A DNA stretch of 64,000 nucleotides from Eledone cirrhosa. Its lineage: Eukaryota. Both the position numbers and the translations under genes were made by a program. Under the pieces are notes generated by a model that was given only the letters and a program-made list of their open reading frames with translations, was not told where the DNA came from and made no database searches. Where the stretch lies: contig CAXHJY010000075.1 of NCBI GenBank assembly GCA_964016885.1, positions 175,159 through 239,158 of the forward strand. The letters run 5' to 3'. Numbering within the stretch: the first letter of the stretch is position 1; each line of letters begins with the position of its first letter. Shown here in pieces: positions 63,161 through 64,000 of this stretch.

Positions 63161-64000
63161 TATATACATATATATATATACATATATATATATATACATA
63201 TATACATATATATATATATACATATATACATATATACATATATATATACATACATACATATATATAGAGAGAGAGATTTATGGTTTGAGAGTATATATAA
63301 GCGAAGATACGTCTAATTAAACGCGCATACACTTGTTCTCGTAATGTTGTTTAGCCTGAAACCACCCTTGATTGGACAAAGCTATGATCAAGGCATTTCT
63401 GCTGGGATCGCTCGGGCTTTTGTTGCAACTAGGGTGGCTTATATTGTCCCGTTTGTCCTTCATTATTTTTTCTTGTATCATTGATGTACTGGGTAATTGC
63501 TGGCCTTATGCCAAAAGTAGAAACGGTTATTTTTTTTTATTTTTATGGTTGGATTGTTATTTGCTGCTATTTCTAATAGCTCAAGCGACTGTTTATTTAA
63601 ATCAGTGGATCTTAGCCTTTTTCCATCGCGGCACCTCTTGGGATTTTGAAATTCCATCCCGCACCCATAGACCTAGCGCATACGACAAAATAACTTGAAT
63701 TTTCAGGTCAAATTATCAGCTACCTAGCTGCTACCAATTAATTAATACTGTGATTAATAAATAAACATTTTGGAAAATAACAGAAAATATTCAACCAAAA
63801 TAGTTTAATCTTTAATGTGACTACTATTTTGCTTCTTCTCTGTACCCCTAAAGAACTGAATCCACCCACCCCAACCCCCTTGGAGGTGACAACATCCCAA
63901 GTTAAGAACCATAGGTTTAGAGACTCGCTAATTCAAAATTGTGTTCATCCACAATTTTGAACTGTTAGTCAATCATCAACCGAGCATATAAATGTGATCT

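Overview
Eukaryotic (animal) genomic DNA made up mostly of transposable elements and microsatellites. The SINE families, (TA)n load and LINE types resemble an octopus/cephalopod-like mollusc genome; this is inference only. Positions ~425-21711 hold four L1/Tx1-clade non-LTR retrotransposons (A-D) head-to-tail on the minus strand. Each is separated from the next only by an (ATT)n tract, and the array continues into two tandem tRNA-derived SINEs with the same junction. The LINE 3' end, a motif in the LINE 5' UTR and the SINE 3' tail all share a CCTTGTG..CC..A-rich..(ATT)n motif, which suggests an (ATT)n-targeting LINE/SINE partnership that rebuilds its own target. Copy B has lost its endonuclease and carries an open ORF1-tail/RT fusion. 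The rest of the window holds degraded RTE LINEs, a CRE-like fragment, two Penelope-like (RT + GIY-YIG) elements, at least five hammerhead-ribozyme motifs, several fold-back palindromes, Mariner-type MITEs and many SINEs. It also holds a candidate first coding exon of a host gene at 50614-50637 and an open, 5'-clipped CR1-type APE-RT ORF at 60108-63086. Most short ORFs in the track are antisense shadows or microsatellite translations. All coordinates were read by eye and may be off by a few bases.
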